In this document: positions 1-8,650 of the stretch, piece by piece
Numbering within the stretch: the stretch's first letter is position 1
How the letters are laid out: each line of letters starts with the position of its first letter
IMG/VR virus record: IMGVR_UViG_3300013126_000010
Span: 1 to 64,000 of that record
Source: a virus
Strand: one strand, 5' to 3'
Length of the DNA stretch: 64,000 nt
Made by a program: the position numbers and the translations under genes
The notes under the pieces: model-generated
Told to the model about the DNA's origin: nothing
The model's database searches: none
What the model saw: the letters and a program-made list of their open reading frames with translations, nothing else

Positions 1-1106
1 ACACGATAGAATCTAAAGAAAAAATTGCAATTGCATCAAAAAACACAAACGTGAAAAAAACTGAAAAGTCCCATGATAGAATATTACAATTAATTTCATC
101 GTATAATTTATCATTAGTGGGACCATTGGTCCCTGGATATTCACATGTCGAGTTAAAATGTAATATTTGTGATACAGAGTTTAAATACACTAAACAATAT
201 TTTACAAATTCAAAAACATTTTCTGACATGTGCCCAACATGTTACCCACCAGAATTAACCAAAAGCTTTGCACAACAAGAAATTTATGACTTCATTCATC
301 AATATCATCCAGATTCTATATATAATTACAGAAAACATTACCATGACAAGGAAATTGACATTTACATTCCATCACTGAATTTAGGATTTGAATATAATGG
401 CTTATATTGGCATTCTGAGATATATAAAGATAAATCTTACCACATCAACAAAACAAATATAGCAACCAAATCCAATATAAGATTGATTCATATTTTTGAA
501 GATGAATGGATTAATAATAAAGACATAGTTAAATCAAGAATAAAGGTTTTATTAAATGTGTGTGATCATAAAATATTTGCAAGAAAGTGCAAGGTTAAAA
601 TATTAGATAGTGAGGCAAATATTTTTTTAAATAAACATCATATACAAGGGTCAGGTCGGTCCAACGTGAAATTAGGTTTATATTATAATGGCACATTGGT
701 ATCAGTGATGACATTTTTAAACAATGATATTTCTAAAAATGTCAAGGGGTGGGAATTAAATAGATTTTGTACAATTGGTGACACAATAGTAGTCGGAGGT
801 GCTAGTAAATTATTTAATTTTTTTATAAGGGAATTTGAGCCAACACAAATAACATCTTTTGCTGATGCCAGATGGAGTTCAATTAATTCTATCTATTTGT
901 CACTAGGTTTTGAATATGTCAATTTATCAGTGCCTAATTATTGGTATATTACTAAACCATACAGCAAACGGTTTCATAGATATAGTTTAAGAAAACCAAT
1001 TAATTGTTCATTATCTGAAATTGAACTTAGACACAGTGAAGGATATCTAAGAATATGGGATTGCGGAAGTTATAAATTTTTATGGAGCAATAAAAAGGCG
1101 GGATAA
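1..1106 (+). CDS. Hef-like homing endonuclease (NUMOD3 + Zn ribbon + PD-(D/E)xK/DUF559-like nuclease + GNAT/Mom-like C-terminal domain), 5' truncated by the window edge
   Basis: Frame is open from base 3 (TIESKEKIAIASK, NUMOD3-like), so the true start is upstream of the window; CNIC...CPTC; EIDIYIPSLNLGFEYNGLYWH nuclease motif; C-terminal FLNKHHIQG...WELNRFC...VVGGASKLF...SFADARWS. Confidence 0.75.
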   Translation, partial: TIESKEKIAIASKNTNVKKTEKSHDRILQLISSYNLSLVGPLVPGYSHVELKCNICDTEFKYTKQYFTNSKTFSDMCPTCYPPELTKSFAQQEIYDFIHQYHPDSIYNYRKHYHDKEIDIYIPSLNLGFEYNGLYWHSEIYKDKSYHINKTNIATKSNIRLIHIFEDEWINNKDIVKSRIKVLLNVCDHKIFARKCKVKILDSEANIFLNKHHIQGSGRSNVKLGLYYNGTLVSVMTFLNNDISKNVKGWELNRFCTIGDTIVVGGASKLFNFFIREFEPTQITSFADARWSSINSIYLSLGFEYVNLSVPNYWYITKPYSKRFHRYSLRKPINCSLSEIELRHSEGYLRIWDCGSYKFLWSNKKAG

Positions 1107-1116
1107 CCCCGCCTTT
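1094..1116. terminator. Bidirectional intrinsic terminator between convergent endonuclease and tail sheath genes
   Basis: aaaggcggg-ataac-cccgccttt, flanked by an A-run and a T-rich tract. Confidence 0.85.
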
Positions 1117-1135
1117 CTTTTGGATAATAACAATA

Positions 1136-4100
1136 TTATCCTGAAACTGCTCCTGTATTTCTTAATCTCAATGGAATATAAATAAATTCAACAGCTTTTA
1201 TAGGAACTATTGCTATATCAACATATAATTCATTACGATCAATTCGTGCTGGGGTATTATTACTAGTATCACAAACTACTAAGTAGTCAGCAATAGCACG
1301 TTGTGCAACTAATTCTAACATAATACCATCAACTACACTTTTTAATTCATCACGTGTGATTTTATCATTAGGTTCGAATATAAATGGTTTTGCCAAAATA
1401 GACAAACGTCTACGTAGGTAAATTACCAAACGTGCCACAATTATTCTATCTAATGCACTTGCAGAACGAGCACGAGTTTTTTGACCGAAGTTAACCAAAC
1501 CAGAATTTGCAAAGAATGTAATAGGATTGATTTTAGCATCATATAATGCGTCACGTTGACCGTTATTTAATGCAACGGTTACAAATTCACCTTCTTTATC
1601 AACATAACCAGCGGCTGTTGCATTATTAATACCACCTCGACGTAAACCTGCAGGAGCAAACCATGGATATGCTACTTGGTCATTAAGTGCAATGGTACGC
1701 AACATCATATGACTAGGTGGCACTACTACATTGTTACCGAAGTTGTCACTGGTGTAACCCCATGGATAGAACATACCCATATATTCATCATAACTTGCTG
1801 CACCAATATCATTATCTTCAGGGGCTAAATTTACATTAGTTCCCCATTCTAACAACGAGGTAGCATCGCTAGTCAACCGTGCTGGAGTATCACCGACAAC
1901 AAATGCAGTCAATCCACGATCAAAGTTTAATGCTATCATTTCACCAATCAATTCTGGGTATCCAGGACATGAAATTAAGTTAAATACACGGCTTTCGTCA
2001 TCGCGCATTGATTGGCTACTATTAACCATTGCTTGTAATTGTTGCACAACTACTTTGCGTTGAGCTTTGCGACCAAATGTACCGGCACCATTTTCTTGAT
2101 TTCCACTTACTGTTACCCAACGATGTGAATAATAGAATTCTTGTGACTCTCCTGAATATGTTGGAGCTGGTCCAAAACGAGGATTATCTTCACCATGATT
2201 AATGTAGTTTTGTCTAAATTCTTTTACATTGAAGCCAGAACGACGAGTATTCCACAATAACATACCTTTTGGATATAATACTGGATCTGGTGAATCAAAA
2301 TCAACGAAATCTGACGTTAACAGGTCTGCAATAACACCAGCGGTGTTTGAATTTTCACCAGTAGTGTTATAACGTGCATCAGCAAACACAATACCATCTT
2401 CAGTACTTTGATCAGTATTGTCTAGTAAAACCCAACGATATTTAATTGGTTTGTTTTCAAATTCTGAAAAATATTTATAAATTACTGGGTAATTTTCAAT
2501 ATCACTGGTATCGATCCATAAATCACCAGATACCAACGGAGTATTATCAGATTGGGTTTCTGGTATAGTAGCAGAAATGATTGGACCGTTTGGATCTGTT
2601 TGTTCAGCATCTACCGCACTATAATGAGGACTGGTTGGTGATTTATATCCAACCCATTTATTTCCATCATTGATCATGATATCAACTTCATCAATTACAC
2701 TGTTATACCATAACTTACCACTAGGAGCTAATGTAGACGGTGTGTCCGGTGTTGCAACATAATTTAATGGTGACCACAATGATGCCACGAAATCGTGTAA
2801 TACATCACCTGCGGGAGCAGTATATAAATTCAATGTTCCAGATTTTGTTATAGGATCATATTCAGTAAATAATGTACTAAATGGAACACCATTGCCATCT
2901 GCTATTCTAAAGTCTCCACCAGTTTTATGTTTAATAACAACTCTATTCATTGCATCAACTTCTGCGTACACATTAATTAATCCAACTGAATTAATTGCTG
3001 CGGCAATTATATTAGAATCATCAATAGTCCCAGTAGCTGAAAATGTAATATTTTTTATAGAATAACTACCAGATTTATCATAATCACCTAATACTGCTGA
3101 TCCTATTATACTTTCTGCAATAGAAAACGAATGGGTACTTGGGCTAACATCAACTGTTAAACTATTTGCCAAAATACGTTTTGAAACGATAGTGGTTTCA
3201 CCTGCATCACTTCTGCGCATTAATTTGAAATTGGCAGACGATGGGGAATCATCCAATCCATAATCTTCAGTGAAATTATAATTTACATAAACATCACCAA
3301 CTGGTATACTAAGTCCACCATTGATTTTGTCAATATTATATATTGCAGATTGGCCATTAGCGTACAACCCTGGTTCAATTACATCCCATACTAAGGTAGA
3401 ACCATTGAAACGTTTAATTCTCCAATGTGCACCAACGTTTTGTTTAGTAGATTTAACCCAAACAGAACCAGATGGACGAGGTTGTGGATTTTTCTTTTTA
3501 TATTCAGGAACTTCGGTATGTTTGCTAATTGTAAATTTAGGGCTGTAATATGTACCTGCAGCAATACCTAGTAAACTATTAACAATATTGGTATGAATTA
3601 AACTACCAACAGTTCCTGGCTCTAAAAATATTGCGTCACCCGCAGAACTATCAGTTGTAGTCGCAGTGTAGCTACCATTGTTATACAAGAATAACTTACC
3701 GTTAATGACTTCAGCAGATATTGCACCACCATAAAATTGTTCAATGTTAATTGCATCAGCTATACTTTGTAAGGTGCTACCAGCAGTTATCAAATTTCCA
3801 TTTAAGTAAAAATTATCACCCGGTGTGACTGATGATACAAATTTTGTACCAGACACTGTTGGCCATGATTTTTGCCAATCATTACTACCAACTAAAACCC
3901 AACTACCATATTGATTTTTGAAGAACAATTCATTTGATGTAGTCGCAGTAACTAATGCATAGCTACCAATAGTACCAACACTTGCTTTTGGTGTATAGTC
4001 ACCTACTTCAAAGTTTACTACCTGTGTTTGATCATTTAATATCATTGGGACTTTATTGGTGAACGATTGACCACCTTTTACAGTTAATGGATTACCATTC

Positions 4101-4549
4101 CATTCAAAAATTCCATAATATGAATCATTTGTATCAAACCAATAGGTGCCATTTTCAGCAACACCACGTGGTTCATCAGCAGATGCGGTTAATTCATTTA
4201 AATCAATGTCTGCACGTGCAACGAAGGCACGGTTGCTAACACCTAATAAGCTATACGCAGCTTGTAAACCATATTCATTTTGTTCACCAGCATGTATTGG
4301 ATTATTATTGGTATCAGTTTTAAATACTGGGTCACCAAAGGTATCTACCAAATCTTTTTGACTTGTGATTAAATATACTTTTTCAGCGTTAGCTTTTAAT
4401 GTACCTGGAGCTGTACCAGTACCAGCACCGTTTAGTTTGTTTTCTGCAGACGCTACAATTATTAGCGGGGTTGTTCCTGGTTCTGCAGGTGAGTAGAACG
4501 ATTCGTCAATTACTGGGACTGAAACGCCTGGGGAGCTTAAAGTAGCCAT
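1136..4549 (-). CDS. gp18: Contractile tail sheath protein (T4 gp18-like), enlarged
   Basis: N-term LSSPGVSVPVIDESFY, C-term YPWG...VPPSH...WFAPAGLRRG...INPI...GQKT...ALDRI...FEPND...IVPIKAVEFIYI; AGGAG RBS. Confidence 0.95.
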   Translation of the reverse strand: MATLSSPGVSVPVIDESFYSPAEPGTTPLIIVASAENKLNGAGTGTAPGTLKANAEKVYLITSQKDLVDTFGDPVFKTDTNNNPIHAGEQNEYGLQAAYSLLGVSNRAFVARADIDLNELTASADEPRGVAENGTYWFDTNDSYYGIFEWNGNPLTVKGGQSFTNKVPMILNDQTQVVNFEVGDYTPKASVGTIGSYALVTATTSNELFFKNQYGSWVLVGSNDWQKSWPTVSGTKFVSSVTPGDNFYLNGNLITAGSTLQSIADAINIEQFYGGAISAEVINGKLFLYNNGSYTATTTDSSAGDAIFLEPGTVGSLIHTNIVNSLLGIAAGTYYSPKFTISKHTEVPEYKKKNPQPRPSGSVWVKSTKQNVGAHWRIKRFNGSTLVWDVIEPGLYANGQSAIYNIDKINGGLSIPVGDVYVNYNFTEDYGLDDSPSSANFKLMRRSDAGETTIVSKRILANSLTVDVSPSTHSFSIAESIIGSAVLGDYDKSGSYSIKNITFSATGTIDDSNIIAAAINSVGLINVYAEVDAMNRVVIKHKTGGDFRIADGNGVPFSTLFTEYDPITKSGTLNLYTAPAGDVLHDFVASLWSPLNYVATPDTPSTLAPSGKLWYNSVIDEVDIMINDGNKWVGYKSPTSPHYSAVDAEQTDPNGPIISATIPETQSDNTPLVSGDLWIDTSDIENYPVIYKYFSEFENKPIKYRWVLLDNTDQSTEDGIVFADARYNTTGENSNTAGVIADLLTSDFVDFDSPDPVLYPKGMLLWNTRRSGFNVKEFRQNYINHGEDNPRFGPAPTYSGESQEFYYSHRWVTVSGNQENGAGTFGRKAQRKVVVQQLQAMVNSSQSMRDDESRVFNLISCPGYPELIGEMIALNFDRGLTAFVVGDTPARLTSDATSLLEWGTNVNLAPEDNDIGAASYDEYMGMFYPWGYTSDNFGNNVVVPPSHMMLRTIALNDQVAYPWFAPAGLRRGGINNATAAGYVDKEGEFVTVALNNGQRDALYDAKINPITFFANSGLVNFGQKTRARSASALDRIIVARLVIYLRRRLSILAKPFIFEPNDKITRDELKSVVDGIMLELVAQRAIADYLVVCDTSNNTPARIDRNELYVDIAIVPIKAVEFIYIPLRLRNTGAVSG

Positions 4550-4575
4550 TTTGTATTCTCCTATGAACTTCTATG

Positions 4576-4582
4576 TATTTAG
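4576..4582 (-). promoter_or_regulatory. Late promoter (CTAAATA) for tail sheath
   Basis: T4 late-promoter-like nTAAATA ~27 nt upstream of the sheath ATG. Confidence 0.6.
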
Positions 4583-4660
4583 GCGAAAAGGGTAAAAATG
4601 GCTACTTATTCAAAAGGTTTTTTAGAATTTGATATTAAAATGATAAATAATGAAAATTTA

Positions 4661-4837
4661 TTAATTGTCTTTTTTGTCGGGTGGTACTGGGGTGGTTTTA
4701 CCTATTACACCATATTTACTAAACAATAATGCACCACCGATATGAAGTTTACCAACATCATCTGATTTTTTAAATGCATCGGATTCCATTATAATTTTTA
4801 AATTATTATTAAACGTTGTTATTCCAGAAAAACTCAT
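4661..4837 (-). CDS. Small hypothetical protein (58 aa), not in the ORF track
   Basis: Hand translation MSFSGITTFNNNLKIIMESDAFKKSDDVGKLHIGGALLFSKYGVIGKTTPVPPDKKDN*; ATG 2 nt after the dNMP kinase stop; fills the gap. Confidence 0.55.
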   Translation of the reverse strand: MSFSGITTFNNNLKIIMESDAFKKSDDVGKLHIGGALLFSKYGVIGKTTPVPPDKKDN

Positions 4838-4839
4838 TG

Positions 4840-5469
4840 TTATTTACCATCTATCATTTTCAATACATAATCTATTTTATTATGTAAATCTTCTTTAGTA
4901 CCATTATTTTCAATGGTGTAGTCAATTTCACCACCTATCCAACCCCATTCACTAGGGTGAACAGTATTATTGAACTTCATGATGTCATTCTGTCCTAAAT
5001 TTGTTTTCATTGCATCATCAAACCATTCTGGTTCGGGACCACGTTTTATCCTAATTATTGTTCCACCGATATTCTTAATTGATTTTAATTCATTTATAAA
5101 TCTTACATCAGATAGTACTATGTTAGTATGCGAGTGTAACAATCTATTTTCAACTGATGCAATCCAAATATCCTGGTGAAAATTATTACGGCACACATCG
5201 GTCCCCATGAATTGCAATACCATTCTTGGTGTTAAATTAGGGATTCCTAACCTGCTGCTCCACCATTCATCCACGATTTCACGCCATCCACGGGATTCCA
5301 ACGTGTCACCCTCTAGTAGTGCCCTATCCCATCCAAAGATCGCAGCCACGGAGTCTTTTAGTGACTTTGCAAAGGACTCCTGTATAAAGTTGTGCTGCAT
5401 TTGTAAATGTTCGGATGCGGTGCCTTTTCCAGACCCAATAAATCCTACCAATCCAATAATTTTGTTCAT
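4840..5469 (-). CDS. gp1: Deoxynucleoside monophosphate kinase (T4 gp1-like)
   Basis: IIGLVGFIGSGKGT P-loop, FAKSLKD, TPRMVLQFMGTDVCR, SDVRFINE, HPSE. Confidence 0.92.
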   Translation of the reverse strand: MNKIIGLVGFIGSGKGTASEHLQMQHNFIQESFAKSLKDSVAAIFGWDRALLEGDTLESRGWREIVDEWWSSRLGIPNLTPRMVLQFMGTDVCRNNFHQDIWIASVENRLLHSHTNIVLSDVRFINELKSIKNIGGTIIRIKRGPEPEWFDDAMKTNLGQNDIMKFNNTVHPSEWGWIGGEIDYTIENNGTKEDLHNKIDYVLKMIDGK

Positions 5470-5498
5470 ACCACTTCCATTTTTCGTTTAAATGTGGT

Positions 5499-5527
5499 AT
5501 TATAGTCATCGTTCATAAAAATGACAA
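5499..5527 (-). promoter_or_regulatory. Sigma70-type (early) promoter for dNMP kinase
   Basis: TTGTCA-N17-TATAAT on the minus strand. Confidence 0.8.
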
Positions 5528-5531
5528 CTGA

Positions 5532-6311
5532 TTATCCTATTACAAAGCTCCATCCAGTATTACCAACTAGGAACATTTCCAATTCTTTTTCCAGTTTTTC
5601 GATTTCGTCTTTACCAGCTTGTAATAACGCAGCTCCATTAAGTTGAGAGCCACCTGATGGTCCAGCAATGGTTGAAAATTTACTTCTAGCTTCACCAAGC
5701 ATTAATTTACAATTCGCTAATGAATAGTCTTTGATCCATTGTCCAGCATACAAGTCATTGATTAATGCAAAATCAGGTCTATAATTCTGTGTACGAAGCA
5801 TAATAACTTCATCATCTGCAAATGGTCTTTGTAATATTCTTAATGTTCTAGAGAATTGAATCCATTGATGTTCAATATAACTACCAAACATTTTTCCAAC
5901 CATTTCTTGATAACATGCAAACATATAATATGTTGCAATTCCACCTAACATGGTTGAATTAAGTAAATATGTATTGGTGTATGCCAAATTAAATGGTTCA
6001 AAATTGGTGCCTGTTCCACCACCAGTTCTGGAACCAAGTGATCTTCTATAACAGCTTTGTACATTTATTACTTCTTGTGGTAATATATAATCATTTTTAT
6101 CTTTCTCAAGTGTTAAAAACATATATGATTCTTCAACTGCACTTGATGAGCGTTGCCTAAATTTCGCAAGTGTTCTATCGAGTGCTACTGAATAATGTTC
6201 CAGGTCCAATTCTACTGAAATCATACCATCGGCAAGCATAAGTCTACAATAGTCATATACTTTTTGTCTTTCTTCTTGAGGATTATTTGTTTGTTGTGGA
6301 TCTATATTCAT
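5532..6311 (-). CDS. gp13: Neck/head completion protein (T4 gp13-like)
   Basis: ISVELDLEHY...WIKDYSLANCKLMLGEARSKFSTIAGPSGGSQLNG. Confidence 0.88.
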   Translation of the reverse strand: MNIDPQQTNNPQEERQKVYDYCRLMLADGMISVELDLEHYSVALDRTLAKFRQRSSSAVEESYMFLTLEKDKNDYILPQEVINVQSCYRRSLGSRTGGGTGTNFEPFNLAYTNTYLLNSTMLGGIATYYMFACYQEMVGKMFGSYIEHQWIQFSRTLRILQRPFADDEVIMLRTQNYRPDFALINDLYAGQWIKDYSLANCKLMLGEARSKFSTIAGPSGGSQLNGAALLQAGKDEIEKLEKELEMFLVGNTGWSFVIG

Positions 6312-6330
6312 ATCATGTACTCTATTATTG

Positions 6331-6366
6331 TATTTATCTTAAATTTAACTATAATATAGATAAATA
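6331..6366. promoter_or_regulatory. Divergent pair of late promoters (ATAAATA at 6331-6337 minus, 6360-6366 plus)
   Basis: GATAAATAC upstream of gp13 and GATAAATAA upstream of the endonuclease. Confidence 0.65.
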
Positions 6367-6425
6367 AGTATAGGTCGCGGAATTGCCGTTCCCACCTATT
6401 CTAACATCACATGGAGATATCAGCA

Positions 6426-7328
6426 ATGTTATTTAGCAAAGAATCACATGGTTACGTGTATAAATGGACCGAATTATCTACTTGGAAATGGTATATTGGT
6501 AGTCGAAGCGCGAAAAATTGTCATACAGATGATGGCTACGTTTGTTCAAGTAAAATAGTCAAACCATTAATTCAAAATAATCCAGAGAATTGGGTTAGAG
6601 AAATACTATGGATTGGTGAGAGGAATTATGCTACATTGGTTGAGTCAGAATATTTAACATACCATAATGCTGCATCAAACGAAATGTCATATAATCAACA
6701 CAATAGTGATTATAAATGGAATAATACTGGAAGAACAATGCCACAAACACCAGAACATATTATAAAAAGAACTAGTAAACGAATAGGTTCAACAGTATCA
6801 GATGATTCTAAAAGAAAAATGAGTGAATCTGCTAAAGGAAAAATTATTTCAGCGGAAGCACGTGCTAATATGTCGAAAGCACAGTATGGTAGGAAACATT
6901 CAGAAGATACAAAAAATAAAATAAGAAGTAAATCATTGTTACGTAGACACAGTGATGAAACTAAGCAATTAATTAGTGAAAAACATAAAGGACGACCATC
7001 TACCAGAAAAGGAACCACGTGTTCTATAGTCTCTAAGGAAAAAATGTCAATTTCTCAAAAGAACAAAAAGAAGGGTACATGTATTCACTGTGGCGTAGTA
7101 ATGGATATTTGTAATTTGAAAAAATATCACAATGACAATTGTAGGTTAATCAACCCAGATATAATCAGAAATCAACATAATAAAGGTATGATTGTTTCTA
7201 ATGAAACTAGAATTAAACAATCTGAAAAAGCTAAGAATAGAATAAAACTAATATGCGAACATTGTAACAAGTCGATCAATAAATCGGCATATACAAGATA
7301 TCATGGTATTAATTGTAAACATAAATAA
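6426..7328 (+). CDS. Free-standing GIY-YIG homing endonuclease with NUMOD3 repeats and two Zn ribbons
   Basis: GYVYKWT...WYIGS...YVCSSK; HSEDTKNKI / HSDETKQLISEKHKG; CIHC..YHNDNC and CEHC..YHGINC. Start moved from 6411 to ATG 6426 because GGAG lies at 6413-6416. Confidence 0.85.
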   Translation: MLFSKESHGYVYKWTELSTWKWYIGSRSAKNCHTDDGYVCSSKIVKPLIQNNPENWVREILWIGERNYATLVESEYLTYHNAASNEMSYNQHNSDYKWNNTGRTMPQTPEHIIKRTSKRIGSTVSDDSKRKMSESAKGKIISAEARANMSKAQYGRKHSEDTKNKIRSKSLLRRHSDETKQLISEKHKGRPSTRKGTTCSIVSKEKMSISQKNKKKGTCIHCGVVMDICNLKKYHNDNCRLINPDIIRNQHNKGMIVSNETRIKQSEKAKNRIKLICEHCNKSINKSAYTRYHGINCKHK

Positions 7329-7347
7329 TATAAAGGAATAATATCAT

Positions 7348-8640
7348 ATGCCAAAACTTAGTTTATATAGACCTTATAAAAGTCATGATTTTCGTTTTCT
7401 CGACCGTAATATCAGTGAGATGTTTACTGTTGGTTGCACTGATTTGCATTTTCATAAGTATCTTGGTCCAAAAAATCCAGATCCATCACTTGCAACTATT
7501 GACCAACCAATTTATGACACATTATCTGAAACTAATATTCAAGATTTATTGTTGCTGGAAAATAGAGACAGAAAATATGACCCAGATATTTTTGTGTTAA
7601 GAGGTCATTTTAATGTTCAAGATCTAGATTTCAATCTAAGCCAATTTGGATTATTTATTGATAATAGTACTATTTTCATGACTGTTCATATTAATGATAC
7701 CATTAATTCAATCGGTAGAAAACCATTAAGTGGGGATGTTATTGAAATTCCTGCATTACGAGATGAGTTCGCGTTAAACAATTATGATTCATCCTTGCCT
7801 AGATTTTTTGTAATAACTGATGTAGGTAGAGCGGCTGAAGGATTTACACAAACTTGGTACCCTCACTTATATCGGATCAAGTTAGATAAGATTGCAGATG
7901 AAGCACAATATACCGATATTCTTATCAAACCAACTGATGAAACATTACCATTCATGGGTGACTATAGTCCAACAACCACCTATAATCCTGGGGATATCGT
8001 TCGTTATCAAGGATCATTATATACAGTGACTACAACTTCTACTGGAAATTTACCAACAGATACTGCATTTTTTACCACATTCACTGGTGAAACATTTCAA
8101 CAAATATTATCAACTGCTAACACAGCATTGGAAATAAATAACAAAGTTATTGAACAGGCTGAAAGTGATGCTATGCTAAGTGGTTTTGAAACTCAACAAT
8201 TCTTCACACTGGCAGTATCAAATAATGATGCTGAATTACGAGCAACTGATATGACAACATTGGATGCATCATATACTGGGTTAGATGCTAGTGCAATTTT
8301 GGATAAACCAATTAGATCTGGATACTGTGGTTACTTATTGGGAGATGGTATTCCAGAAAATGGTGCTATGTTCGGCCATGGTATTAGTTTTCCAGTAACT
8401 CCATCAAAGGATGATTTTTTCTTGAGGACTGATTTTTTACCCAATAGATTATTTCGTTATAATGGGCACCGTTGGGTTAAACATGAAGATGCCGTTAGAC
8501 ATCAAATTACAAATACATCATCTAGACAAACACTTAAAACATCATTTATTAACAATACTAAAGTTAATAATATTGATGGTAGACAAGTTGAAGAACGACA
8601 AGATATAAAAAAGGCATTAAAGCCACGAGCGGATTTTTAA
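7348..8640 (+). CDS. gp14: Neck protein (T4 gp14-like) with a CBM5/12-like insertion
   Basis: MPKLSLYRP...IQDLLLLENRDRKYD...FNLSQFGLF...KPLSGDVIEIP...WYPHLYRIK. Confidence 0.85.
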   Translation: MPKLSLYRPYKSHDFRFLDRNISEMFTVGCTDLHFHKYLGPKNPDPSLATIDQPIYDTLSETNIQDLLLLENRDRKYDPDIFVLRGHFNVQDLDFNLSQFGLFIDNSTIFMTVHINDTINSIGRKPLSGDVIEIPALRDEFALNNYDSSLPRFFVITDVGRAAEGFTQTWYPHLYRIKLDKIADEAQYTDILIKPTDETLPFMGDYSPTTTYNPGDIVRYQGSLYTVTTTSTGNLPTDTAFFTTFTGETFQQILSTANTALEINNKVIEQAESDAMLSGFETQQFFTLAVSNNDAELRATDMTTLDASYTGLDASAILDKPIRSGYCGYLLGDGIPENGAMFGHGISFPVTPSKDDFFLRTDFLPNRLFRYNGHRWVKHEDAVRHQITNTSSRQTLKTSFINNTKVNNIDGRQVEERQDIKKALKPRADF

Positions 8641-8650
8641 GGAATAAATA

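Noticed and set aside
8644-8650. ATAAATA directly before the gp15 ATG as a late promoter
   Set aside because: It fills the spacer between the AAGGA SD and the ATG, leaving no room for a leader; probably AT-rich coincidence
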